Part shown: positions 28,457 through 38,000 of the stretch, in pieces
Numbering within the stretch: position 1 is the first letter of the stretch
Layout: every line of letters begins with the position of its first letter
Origin: a virus
Length of the DNA stretch: 64,000 nucleotides
IMG/VR virus record: IMGVR_UViG_3300035204_001594
Span: 13,321 to 77,320 of that record
Strand: one strand, 5' to 3'
Made by a program: the position numbers and the translations under genes
Notes under the pieces: model-generated
Seen by the model: only the letters and a program-made list of their open reading frames with translations
What the model was told of the DNA's origin: nothing
The model's database searches: none

Positions 28457-28873
28457 TTAGTAGTCTTGCTCAAATACAACAGTAGATGAGTTATCGGGGT
28501 TTTGGAAGCTTCCCACTTCTTTAGCTAACTTTGTTGTGTCTAGTTTTAGCATAGTTATAGCTTCTTCGCGTGTAAGTGAGCTGCCAAACACCAGCGTCCA
28601 CTCATCTGTAAGGTAAAAATGTTCTTTAGAATTTGGTTCCCCTACCCCTAACGTAGATATATCCACATACCTACATATACCCCAAAACTCATCTCGACTA
28701 GCTCCACCTGGGGTAGTAGCCTCGACAGGAGAGCTGCGCCTTATTACCAGCAGCTCATTTTGAATAAGGGGGTCTGTGGCAAGAATACTAATGTTAAGTC
28801 TATACTGGGTATTGTTACTTACCTGAGAATCAGATTTTGTTAATGTTAGCTGTATTTTCTCGTTAGAGGACAT
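28457..28873 (-). CDS. Hypothetical protein; first gene downstream of the permuted intron
   Basis: 138 aa; AGGGACGGA upstream. Confidence 0.7.
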   Translation of the reverse strand: MSSNEKIQLTLTKSDSQVSNNTQYRLNISILATDPLIQNELLVIRRSSPVEATTPGGASRDEFWGICRYVDISTLGVGEPNSKEHFYLTDEWTLVFGSSLTREEAITMLKLDTTKLAKEVGSFQNPDNSSTVVFEQDY

Positions 28874-28900
28874 ATTTTTGTTCCGTCCCTTTATCGGGTT

Positions 28901-29218
28901 AAAACGGTGTCAAGCACAAACCTTGGGCTTAGCATCACTAGTCTTTTACAACATCGTTTGGATTACTTACGGCTTCATGTTACCGACAGTTTTGTTATCG
29001 CAAACTTCTTTAAAGCTTGCATCTACACGTCTCCGTATAGCTCGGACTATATCATCGCCTTGCGGCGCTGGGCGCTCATGGATCAAATTATTGTTGGGAC
29101 TCATCGATCTAGTCTCTGCACCTTCTGTAAAACCTTTGCCCTTTACAGCTTGGCTCAGGATTGTCCTCGGCTACGCCCGTTAGGAGTTTCCCTGAATTCA
29201 CCCAGTTTATACCGTTCT
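28901..29218 (-). ncRNA. Group I intron ribozyme (P7.1-containing), apparently circularly permuted
   Basis: P GAAUUCAGGGAAAC, Q AAUCCUGAGC, R GUGCAGAGACUA, S AUGAUAUAGUCC. P3 CUGGGUG/CGCCCAG; P8 CGCC-GCAA-GGCG; P9 CUAUACG-GAGA-CGUGUAG; P9.1; end GAUAACAAAACUG (28987). Candidate 5' splice site GCU/AAG (28931/28930) and P2 partner ACCGUUUU lie downstream. Confidence 0.88.
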
Positions 29219-29224
29219 ACTACA

Positions 29225-29253
29225 ATTATAGGGTAGGGGGGTCTGAGGGGCAA
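29225..29253 (-). promoter_or_regulatory. Sigma70-type promoter driving the ribozyme
   Basis: TTGCCC-N17-TATAAT; predicted start near 29218 coincides with the 5' P2 strand. Confidence 0.75.
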
Positions 29254-29263
29254 GTAGGTATAT

Positions 29264-30379
29264 TTAAAATATGGAGATACTTTCTCCACCTTCTGCTCTC
29301 CACTTATTCAACCCAATATCATCAGCAGTTGAACCGAACCACTGATATTGTGTCGGTATCCCTGCACCTATGATTGTGGATGTTCCGTCTGGTGTGAAAT
29401 CGAAATTAGCGGCATCTGTGTAACTTGGGTCTGTTGCAGAGATGTAGTCGTACATCGAAAGGTGGTCTGTACCAGCCATTGGTACATATATCTCTCCACC
29501 GTTTCCATAGAATGCATTATTATAGTGTCGTGTTTCGCAACTGCTCCCGACTCTTAATCCTTTGTTTGTATTGTTTGTGTGTAAATTGTTGACCCATACA
29601 CTCTGACCAGAACCTGAAATATATACACCATCATCATTTGAGTCAAATACACAGTTACAAACAACCGCACCATTATTGCCCACATATAAACCATCGTCAC
29701 CATTGTTGTAAAACGCACACTCTGCAATTCTTGCGGCTGTACCACATCGCAATCCGTCCCCTGTGTTATTATCAAACAAACATTTGTAATACATCGCAAA
29801 TTGTGTGGATTGGGTTTCACAACCAGAGTCACCATTATTGTCAAAACGACAATTTACAAAGTTCCAATAGTTTGCTGTGTTATTTGTATACACTCCGTGG
29901 GATGTTGCTTGTGTAAATTGGCAATTCATCCAATGAATATTGTTACTACTTGCAACAGTTGCCTCTAAACAATGCTGTGCTGTATCATTTGCATCAAATT
30001 TAAGGTGGGAAAATGCACTACCATCGGCAGTTGCTACTGATATTTCTACCATTGGTGTTGTACCATTTAGTCCTGTACCTAAAATATTGACAATAGTTCC
30101 ATCCACAACACCAGAATCATTCGCACCGTTGATTACAACTTCTCTGCTATTCCAAGTAATTGTGAGTTTTGCTGTGAGATTGTAGTATGTCGCATCATCA
30201 GATGTTTTCATAATGCGGAGTTCGTCACCATCATTTAATATACTTGCACCCGCAATTTCATCAAATCCTTTTTGGATTGTTTGCCACGCCGCACCAGTGG
30301 ATGTCCCGGCATTTGCATCGTCCCCGTTTTCGCCGTCCACATAGTAGATATTTACACTTGCACCATCGTATGAGGCCAT
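29264..30379 (-). CDS. Right-handed beta-helix (pectin-lyase-fold) tail-associated protein
   Basis: YYVDGENGDDANAGTS..AWQTI start; repeated NCxFDNNxxG rungs. Confidence 0.8.
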   Translation of the reverse strand: MASYDGASVNIYYVDGENGDDANAGTSTGAAWQTIQKGFDEIAGASILNDGDELRIMKTSDDATYYNLTAKLTITWNSREVVINGANDSGVVDGTIVNILGTGLNGTTPMVEISVATADGSAFSHLKFDANDTAQHCLEATVASSNNIHWMNCQFTQATSHGVYTNNTANYWNFVNCRFDNNGDSGCETQSTQFAMYYKCLFDNNTGDGLRCGTAARIAECAFYNNGDDGLYVGNNGAVVCNCVFDSNDDGVYISGSGQSVWVNNLHTNNTNKGLRVGSSCETRHYNNAFYGNGGEIYVPMAGTDHLSMYDYISATDPSYTDAANFDFTPDGTSTIIGAGIPTQYQWFGSTADDIGLNKWRAEGGESISIF

Positions 30380-33300
30380 TAGACTGTCCTCCTAATTCTA
30401 ACCGAAAGAGTAGCATTAGTTACCGTAGGAGTAGATCCAGTTTGTACTCGAAACTCCAATATATCTCCTGCGCTAAATTGGTACGTATTCCACTCACTGG
30501 GCGTAATTGTTCCGCTAGTTGCTTTATTTGCTGAAGATAAGGCAGGGGAGTAAGTATGGTGATAGTGGGCAGATGCTGTTGTAGGAAAGTTGGCATAGGT
30601 ACACCAAAATATCTCAAAGTCAACATTGCCTGTATCTGTTGAAGTTAATGTCCACTCCACTATTTCGCAATCGTAAGGTAAAACTCTGTGCCCTTTGATA
30701 CCTGTAGTTAGATTTGATGTTCCATTATCAATTCTAATACCTATAACCTCTGTTGAGGTGCTGTCTAGCTGTGTGCCGTCTGGAAACTGTAAATAATTAC
30801 CTGTGCCAGATATTTCAGCCACACCGGCTACCTCTAGGTCCGAGTCAGGGGTCTCAGTCCTAATTCCTAGTCGCTCATTTATATGATCGAAACACACATA
30901 TGGAGAGGAAGACGGGGAGTCGCCTTCTGTGAAATCAGCGACTTCTATAAGAGCCCCGCTTTCTGCCGTTCCCGTAATCTTATCTCCATTACCGGAAGTT
31001 CCGGCATCGTCCATTACAAGTAGTAGGGATCCGTCTAAGTAATCTTCCGAGCTCATATCTATGTCTCCATTAGCCTGGGCTAAATTGATAGATACACCCA
31101 CCTGTTTAGCTATATCCACAGCTGTCTCGAGCCCCTGCACCCCTATAGTAGTGTTTGTACTGGTACTCGTACTGTCACTGTACGTTAAAGTATGGGTATT
31201 AGAAGACGCATCCTCCAATATGATAGTAGTTCCGTCCAAAGCCGTTCCTACATCATACCCTCCCGTGAAAGCAGAAGGCATTCCAGGGGAGCTCTCTACG
31301 TTACTAGCATCGTCAAAATCGGGAGAGCTGCTGATGGTAATAGATGTATTACCAGAGGTTCCCGTTGTCGCCTGCTCTAACTCAACTAATCCCGGGGTGC
31401 TATTCACGCTAATATCTAAACGCTTTGTAGCTGAAGAGCCTCCACTAAAGTCACTAACATTTGTTGACGTGAGAGAATCGAAGGTATTAAAGGTAAAGTT
31501 AGAATCCATAGGACTATCTAGAAGAGCATCCCAGTTAACGCTCTTCAGTATAGACGTACCACCTCCTGCACCTTCCCCTGTATGGGTTATGATTACCTTA
31601 GCTCCTAGGGCTACAGCCAGCAACGTTCCGTTGTGCCCATCTGAAGAGTTAATAATAGCGGCGAGGTTAGTTGCAGCATCCGAAGCCGATGAGCCTCTAT
31701 TAAATTCCTGACTGGCGGCCACAGCTCCAGAAGCTTTAATGGTATAGGTTTTCGAAGTGCCTGTAAAATCCATCAGTGTTAGAGTCTCGTCGGCGTAGTC
31801 GTCGTATTCCGCTGTACCAAACTGCAACCCTGTGGACGCCTCCCCTTCCCCGCCTGTTAGCGCTGTAAGGGCTGAGCCTCCTTCAACAACATTGTCCCAT
31901 TGTAGATTACCTATGGTCGTATTTCCTTTAACACCCCCTACAGACTGCTGTATGTGTACACTTCCTGCAGTAGTATTTGTTGTAATTTCAAGTTTTCTCT
32001 CCCCTCCTGTAAACGAGGCGGGAGGATTAACAGAACAAAGTGTATTCCAGTCCCAGCTACCAGCAGATACCTTTATATCAGTGTTGCCCCCTGTACCTGT
32101 ATCTCCTTGCGTCATAGTAGCTTGAGCGGAAGACACTGACACATCTATAGTTGTAGGCGCGCCTCCGCTAAAGGCGGATGGAGGAGCCTCTAAACACAGT
32201 GCATCCCAATTAGAGGAGTGGTTTATGGTAGTATTACCAGGGGTTCCTACAGCGTCCGCAACTAAAAGCACCTCTTGGCCGCTATAGCTTGCGGTAATTC
32301 CTCCGGCATTATCGTTAACTAGCTCTGCGAAATTTCTAGCGGTAGCTGACGCGGTTGTGCCTGCGTTAAACTCTTTATTGTTTGCATCTGCCGTACCGTC
32401 GTTCTTGATTTTATATGTTACGCTACTTGAACCTAGTAGTGTAATGGTCTCGTCCGGGTATTGTTTATGGGTACTACCATTAAAGGTAAATTCGGCTCTT
32501 GCCGATGTACCAAAACCTGCGTCACTCTCTACTATAGTTTTAAAATTAGTTGCTGTGTCGTCCGCAGTTGCTCCGGTGTTAAACTCCCTGTAGGATGCGT
32601 TAGCGCTACCGTCGTTTTTTATTGTAAATACTTTCGATAACCCGTATGCATCTATTATCTCAATATTAGCGCTATTAACATCCGCAAAAGTAGATCCAAA
32701 GGTAAAGGTGGCTGTAGCTTTTACCCCATGTCCATTATCCCCCTCAACTATTTCTTTAAACTGATCTGCTGTGGAAGACGCGTCATTCTCAGCATTAAAC
32801 TCTCTATTGTTTGCATTTGCTGTACTGTCGTTTTTAATCTTATACGTGTAGCTGGTCCCATCATGACTCTCCAGAGTTATGGTAGCGTTATTCTGGCTAT
32901 TGTATTCAGTATCCCCAAATATAAATGAGCCTGTGGCCGGAGTCAGGGTATATGAGTTTTCTGTACTTACCGAGGTGTTGCCCTCGGTTCCAGGGGTTGC
33001 CTGGGTTAGGGTTACCTGTCCGTCTGTGCCACTAGAAGTAGCTGTAAGTAAATTTCCGTGCCCTCTTTGCACAGCCGCTATAAAATTTGAGGCCGCCTCT
33101 ATATCAGAATCCCCTAAATTAAATTCGTAAACACCTCCACCCGTATAGGTAGTGAGAGGATCGGGGTGGGTACTATCTGTAAAATCATATCCTGTAGTTA
33201 TATCTGAGTTACCGGACTCCCCTCCGCCGGGCTGGGTTATTGTAACTTTGCCTGCAGCAACCTCAACGTTTAAGAATCCGTCGTGCCCGTTACTGTGATC

Positions 33301-34974
33301 TAGGGCTTCTTTAAGGTTACTGGCAGAATTGGAGGCCCCGGATCCTGAAAGGAAAATAGTATGCCCCCCGTGTATAAAGGAAGTTGGCATGGTTCCAGAT
33401 ACACTACTTGTGAAGTTGGAACCCGTGGTTATAGCGGTATTTCCTGAAACCCCAGATCCTTTCTGAGCTAGGGTTAATTCATTCGTGGATACAGATACCT
33501 CAATCTCGCCATCGTGTCCATTAACGTGCTCTACAGCAGTTTCAATATTGCTTGCAAATTGAGACGCAGAAAGTCCTGTGTTTATAGCAGTAGCGCCCCC
33601 TGTGAATGCCGAGGGAGGTGCGGTAGAGGTAGAGGTATTAAATAATTCTCCTATCTTTATATACGTATTACCCGCTGTGCCTCCTGAGGCTTGAGTAAGT
33701 GTAATTTGAGCTCCGGTCCGCGCGACAGATATACGACCGTTATGGCCGTTAGCGGATTCTATAGCTGTTTCTAGATTAGTAGCTGAGTCTGTTGCGTTAC
33801 TGCCCGCTAAGAATATTATATGCTCTGGATTACTGCTCGCAATACTTCCTGTAGTGCCTGCGGCTCTGGCTACATATGTACGAACTACTCCGTCAGTACT
33901 CTGTAAAAGTATAGTGCTATCGAGCTTTGCAGCTGCGTCAAAGGTAAAGGCATCGGCTGTAGCCGCGATAAGGGCCCCGCTCGATAGAAATGCATCAACA
34001 ATATAGTCCACCGATGTTCCATCGTCACTAATTAAATTCAGTGTACCTCCATCTGTACCCGTGCCACTTAGTGTAATTGTAGGAGAAGCTGCAGTAGATA
34101 TATCTCCGTTACTGCCTGATGATTTAGCTATGTAGGTAATAGCTCCCAGCTGTAAAGTACTATTAGACTTAGCCGAGGTTGTAAATGTAAAAGTTGTTGA
34201 GGCACTGTGGTTCCGAGGGTCTATATCCGCTGTTCCGTCGTTTTTTGCTCTATATACCTTAGTTATCTGATTGGTACCATCATGAGATGTAAGGGTAAGT
34301 GACGTATCGTTTTTACTATTATAATTAATGCTGTGAAACGTGAATGTGGTGGAGGCGGCTTCGGCTGAAGTGTTGTGCCCATTATTAGAGTCTATGGCTT
34401 GTTTTAGATTATTAGCCGCCCATATAGCTTTTTCGTCTGCCGTACTTCCCGACCCAATATTAAACTGAACGTTGTTACTCCCGTCTAGATCTCCGTTAGT
34501 AACGGTACCATCTGTCTTCCCTATGTAGGTTTTAGATGTGGTATCAGAGGATACTAACGTGATGGTAGCGTCTGCCACCGCTGTGTTTATAAACTGGAAT
34601 GTAGCTGTACCAGGTACGGATTCGGCACGTTGAAACAACGTGGTAGCCGCCGCTGTATTAGATCCTTTGATCATCTGTACGTATCCGGAGAACTTTTTAC
34701 CGACCGGTATAGTAGAACTCACCGTTGAGGAAACGTAACTACGAGAGTCTCCCAACTCCCTCCACGTGGTATACTCGACGGCATTATAGTACTTTAAAAC
34801 ATGGTCAGTTTCGTCGTACCAAAGATCTCCAACCTTACTTATATCATCTGTTGGAGCCTGCGTCCCATAATGAATGCGGACATACGGAGCCGCAGCGGTT
34901 TTATCCGGGCTAATCGTCGTATACTGAGGAGCGTTTAATAGCTGTTGTAGGTGTCTGGTCCAATTTTTGGACAT
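30379..34974 (-). CDS. Large tail fibre/appendage protein with about 10 nested copies of one domain
   Basis: N-term APTDDISKVGDLWYD; repeats ATFTF..ITL..TY / FNxG..AxN..GH / VTLTQ..GNT..FTGG; C-term LGIRTETP..LEVAG, LQFPDGT. Confidence 0.8.
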   Translation of the reverse strand: MSKNWTRHLQQLLNAPQYTTISPDKTAAAPYVRIHYGTQAPTDDISKVGDLWYDETDHVLKYYNAVEYTTWRELGDSRSYVSSTVSSTIPVGKKFSGYVQMIKGSNTAAATTLFQRAESVPGTATFQFINTAVADATITLVSSDTTSKTYIGKTDGTVTNGDLDGSNNVQFNIGSGSTADEKAIWAANNLKQAIDSNNGHNTSAEAASTTFTFHSINYNSKNDTSLTLTSHDGTNQITKVYRAKNDGTADIDPRNHSASTTFTFTTSAKSNSTLQLGAITYIAKSSGSNGDISTAASPTITLSGTGTDGGTLNLISDDGTSVDYIVDAFLSSGALIAATADAFTFDAAAKLDSTILLQSTDGVVRTYVARAAGTTGSIASSNPEHIIFLAGSNATDSATNLETAIESANGHNGRISVARTGAQITLTQASGGTAGNTYIKIGELFNTSTSTAPPSAFTGGATAINTGLSASQFASNIETAVEHVNGHDGEIEVSVSTNELTLAQKGSGVSGNTAITTGSNFTSSVSGTMPTSFIHGGHTIFLSGSGASNSASNLKEALDHSNGHDGFLNVEVAAGKVTITQPGGGESGNSDITTGYDFTDSTHPDPLTTYTGGGVYEFNLGDSDIEAASNFIAAVQRGHGNLLTATSSGTDGQVTLTQATPGTEGNTSVSTENSYTLTPATGSFIFGDTEYNSQNNATITLESHDGTSYTYKIKNDSTANANNREFNAENDASSTADQFKEIVEGDNGHGVKATATFTFGSTFADVNSANIEIIDAYGLSKVFTIKNDGSANASYREFNTGATADDTATNFKTIVESDAGFGTSARAEFTFNGSTHKQYPDETITLLGSSSVTYKIKNDGTADANNKEFNAGTTASATARNFAELVNDNAGGITASYSGQEVLLVADAVGTPGNTTINHSSNWDALCLEAPPSAFSGGAPTTIDVSVSSAQATMTQGDTGTGGNTDIKVSAGSWDWNTLCSVNPPASFTGGERKLEITTNTTAGSVHIQQSVGGVKGNTTIGNLQWDNVVEGGSALTALTGGEGEASTGLQFGTAEYDDYADETLTLMDFTGTSKTYTIKASGAVAASQEFNRGSSASDAATNLAAIINSSDGHNGTLLAVALGAKVIITHTGEGAGGGTSILKSVNWDALLDSPMDSNFTFNTFDSLTSTNVSDFSGGSSATKRLDISVNSTPGLVELEQATTGTSGNTSITISSSPDFDDASNVESSPGMPSAFTGGYDVGTALDGTTIILEDASSNTHTLTYSDSTSTSTNTTIGVQGLETAVDIAKQVGVSINLAQANGDIDMSSEDYLDGSLLLVMDDAGTSGNGDKITGTAESGALIEVADFTEGDSPSSSPYVCFDHINERLGIRTETPDSDLEVAGVAEISGTGNYLQFPDGTQLDSTSTEVIGIRIDNGTSNLTTGIKGHRVLPYDCEIVEWTLTSTDTGNVDFEIFWCTYANFPTTASAHYHHTYSPALSSANKATSGTITPSEWNTYQFSAGDILEFRVQTGSTPTVTNATLSVRIRRTV

Positions 34975-35008
34975 ATACTATCTCCGAGAAAATGGGCGGT
35001 ACCTGTAT

Positions 35009-35037
35009 ATTTTACCTTAAATACCTAATACGTGTAA
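35009..35037 (-). promoter_or_regulatory. Possible promoter upstream of the fibre gene
   Basis: TTACAC-N17-TAAAAT in a 72-bp intergenic gap; weak -35. Confidence 0.35.
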
Positions 35038-35046
35038 GGTATACGA

Positions 35047-38000
35047 TCACCTTTGTATTGGGGAGCTGTTTGCGCGTCTTTGACGTTCACCTATACTTTT
35101 TAAATAATCGAATACACTAGAGAACCCTCCTGCGGAAGCTGTGTCTCTTATGTTTCCGGATGCAAAATAATACTCAGCGTTACAGTTTTCCAGTATTTGT
35201 TGTATATCATCAGCGTGTAGGCAGTCTCCGAGTTCCGGAAAAGCAACCACTGCTACAAATATAGACGGTACATCCTCCCACCCCCCGTCGTAACCTCCTT
35301 GACATGGGTCGTGCCAAGGAACAGCGGGTAGGCATTCCTCGTCCATAGGAGGGTAGTAAAACATAGTTTCCCCTCCGGAGGGGTTAGAGCCATGGGTATC
35401 TATAAAGTCACCTATAGTGAAGTCTGGGGCATCTGCAGGCCGCCCGCAGATATCGTGGCAGGCTGGGGAGGGAGGTATAGGTTCTCCGTTTTTTAGACAC
35501 TTGGGGTATAGCTCTGAGCTCATCGCCTCTGATATATCACACTCCTCCCCCGTCTCTATATTATAATCCCACGCTTTTGGCATAGTGGAGGGTCCGCCAG
35601 AGGACTCCAGACCCAGCAAGATTCCTAATAAGGCGCTAATGCGGTCTGCTCGTTGGTTTATATAGGTTAAGTACACAGGTAGCTCCACCGCAGTCGAGTA
35701 ATCGATGATGGTAGCCCTATTCTTCTCGTTTGCGTTAGGCACGACACCGGACGATTTATAGCCCCTTATTCGAGACATAAAATTATAATTTATAATTGCG
35801 TCGTAATAAGCGGTGGCTACCGCCATAGCCTGGTATTGGGTTAAGTTTAGGGCGGCTAGCGCGCCCCCTCCAAAATTACTTAAAACTAAATTGGCCTCAT
35901 CTAAGAGTGTTTGTATGTGGTAACTCACACTCTCAACAATACAGGTTTTACTAAAGGGATTAAACGTTAACGCCGACTTTTGGCTGAAATCTGGGGTAGC
36001 TCCGTCTACAGGCATGGAAGAGGATTCTGGTGAATAATCTCCCCAATACCCTTGAAGGTTACATTCGTACTCCCCGCTACCCCAAGCAGTACTTAAAAAT
36101 ACTTTAGCATTTTGGCTTAACTTTGCTAGCTCATCGCCAGCGATAGTAATACAGCACCCCCCTACAGGCGTTTCGCACTCCTCACATATCTCATCTGCGA
36201 ACCCTGTATTTCCTGCGTTATCACCGTCCCCTGATCCGAACAACAAATCACCTTGTATGTTGGATGTGTTAAACCCGCAGCATTCGATTCCATGCAGTCT
36301 GTATGCTTCTTTGTTTAATATCTGCAAGTATCCCGAGTCGCTATACCAGTATGGGTCAAAAACACACGAATAGGTATAAGACCATAGACAAGATGTAGAT
36401 GCACCGCCTGTATCTTCGTCCGGACTCGTACAGTTACACCCGAACTCCTCTCCTATAACTCCTGAGTGGGTACAGCATCCGTAGTCTTCCTGCCCTCCTT
36501 CACACGCTGGACCCGCTGGACCGTCTTCCCAGGACTTTACACAGTCTACAGACTCTGTACGCCCAAAGGATGCCGCTACAGCTCCGTAGTGTTCGGAATC
36601 ACACATATTGCAGGTAAAAGTACCTTCGTACAGATTGTTAGATCCATAACATCTACATTCGTCAGCACACTGCCTTTGTTCGCAGGTGTTATATCCATTT
36701 TCTCCGCATTTAAGGTAGTACGGGCCTACTTGGTTATCGCACATTTGAGCACCCTCTTCTATAGAGTATTCTCTAGCGTGTGCTTCACACTCATCATACC
36801 TACACCAACTATCGTCGCACCCTGGTATCTGCCCTCCGCCGTGGCCCGATACTATATTACACCTAATACCATCTTTGAAGCAATCTAACTTTCTTTGATT
36901 ATTGCACTCCTCTGTCTGACAATCTGGTGTATCGTCGCCGCCGCCCGAGGCTTCTCTAGCACACTCGCAGTCGAAAAGTTGTTTACAGGTGCAGTGTGTG
37001 TGGATACCCGCATCCTCAGGGTATAGCATAAACCCGCAGGGGCTACATTGTCCCCCTATATCGCAGTCCTCCGGATCACACGGAACTAAATACCGAGTCT
37101 CATGCTCTCCCGAGGCTCCGACAATTGCAGAAGGATCTCTGGTAAAGGCAGTTGTGTCATAGGAATAAGCTTCTGAGTAGGTAATAGATTTGTCCGCAGC
37201 AGCTAATCCCCCAAATTTATGGTCTACGCCTCTGGCTAAACGAAGGGCTTCATATCTTCCCTCCCTATAGTCTGTAGGGCAACACCCTACACAACAACAA
37301 TTAGAGTTATCCCAGCAAGAGCAACAGCAGCAGCACCAGCCGGCGCCTTGAGCTTGGGCGCAGGTATAATCTACTCTTATGGAACCATTGCCGGAGCTGC
37401 CCATCCCAGAGGCCGCATCCATACACTCGCAGATATTCATGTCCTCAAGGCATACAGAACAGCCGCAGTAGTCTGCGGAGGGATCATCAAAAGGAACACA
37501 GCAGGCTCCCCTTGCAGCCACCGCACTATCACAAGGAGAGCTGCTACAACTCTCGCAACTGTGCCAAGATACTCCAAAGCCGTGCCAATCTAAATCGTGG
37601 CACTCTGCGGATGTGAGGCCATCCTGGCACATTACTTCGCAAGTCTCTGTGCTTGTATGACAACATCGGCCTACGGAAGGGAATGTATATCCGCAGCTAC
37701 ACTCTCCTTGAACTACGTTACAAGTCCAGTTCGCTATAAATTCTCCGGAGCAGTCAGCAGGACTATCTACGTCTATACACTCATAAGGGGATAGGCAGCA
37801 GGATCCTGGTTGACTCTCCTCAGGACACGATGTTTCGTACGCATAGGTTGAGCAGTCGGGGTAGGCCGCCTCGCACTCACACTCAGACTCCTGCCCCATC
37901 CATATTCCGTTGGCCTGATCACAGTGACATCTTTCTATATTCTCAAAACACTCCCAGGGGTCTCCCGGCTCGTTCTGCCCACAGCAAGCCCCATACGCCT

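Noticed and set aside
28874-29263. Ordinary group I intron interrupting a gene or tRNA
   Set aside because: Flanking genes are complete (stop at 29264, start at 28873); no convincing upstream P1 or 5' exon, no tRNA halves, and a promoter sits where the 5' exon should be
28878-29373. Plus-strand ORFs 28878-29183, 28907-29236 and 29161-29373
   Set aside because: Mutually overlapping, no protein motifs, and antisense to a well-paired group I ribozyme and its promoter
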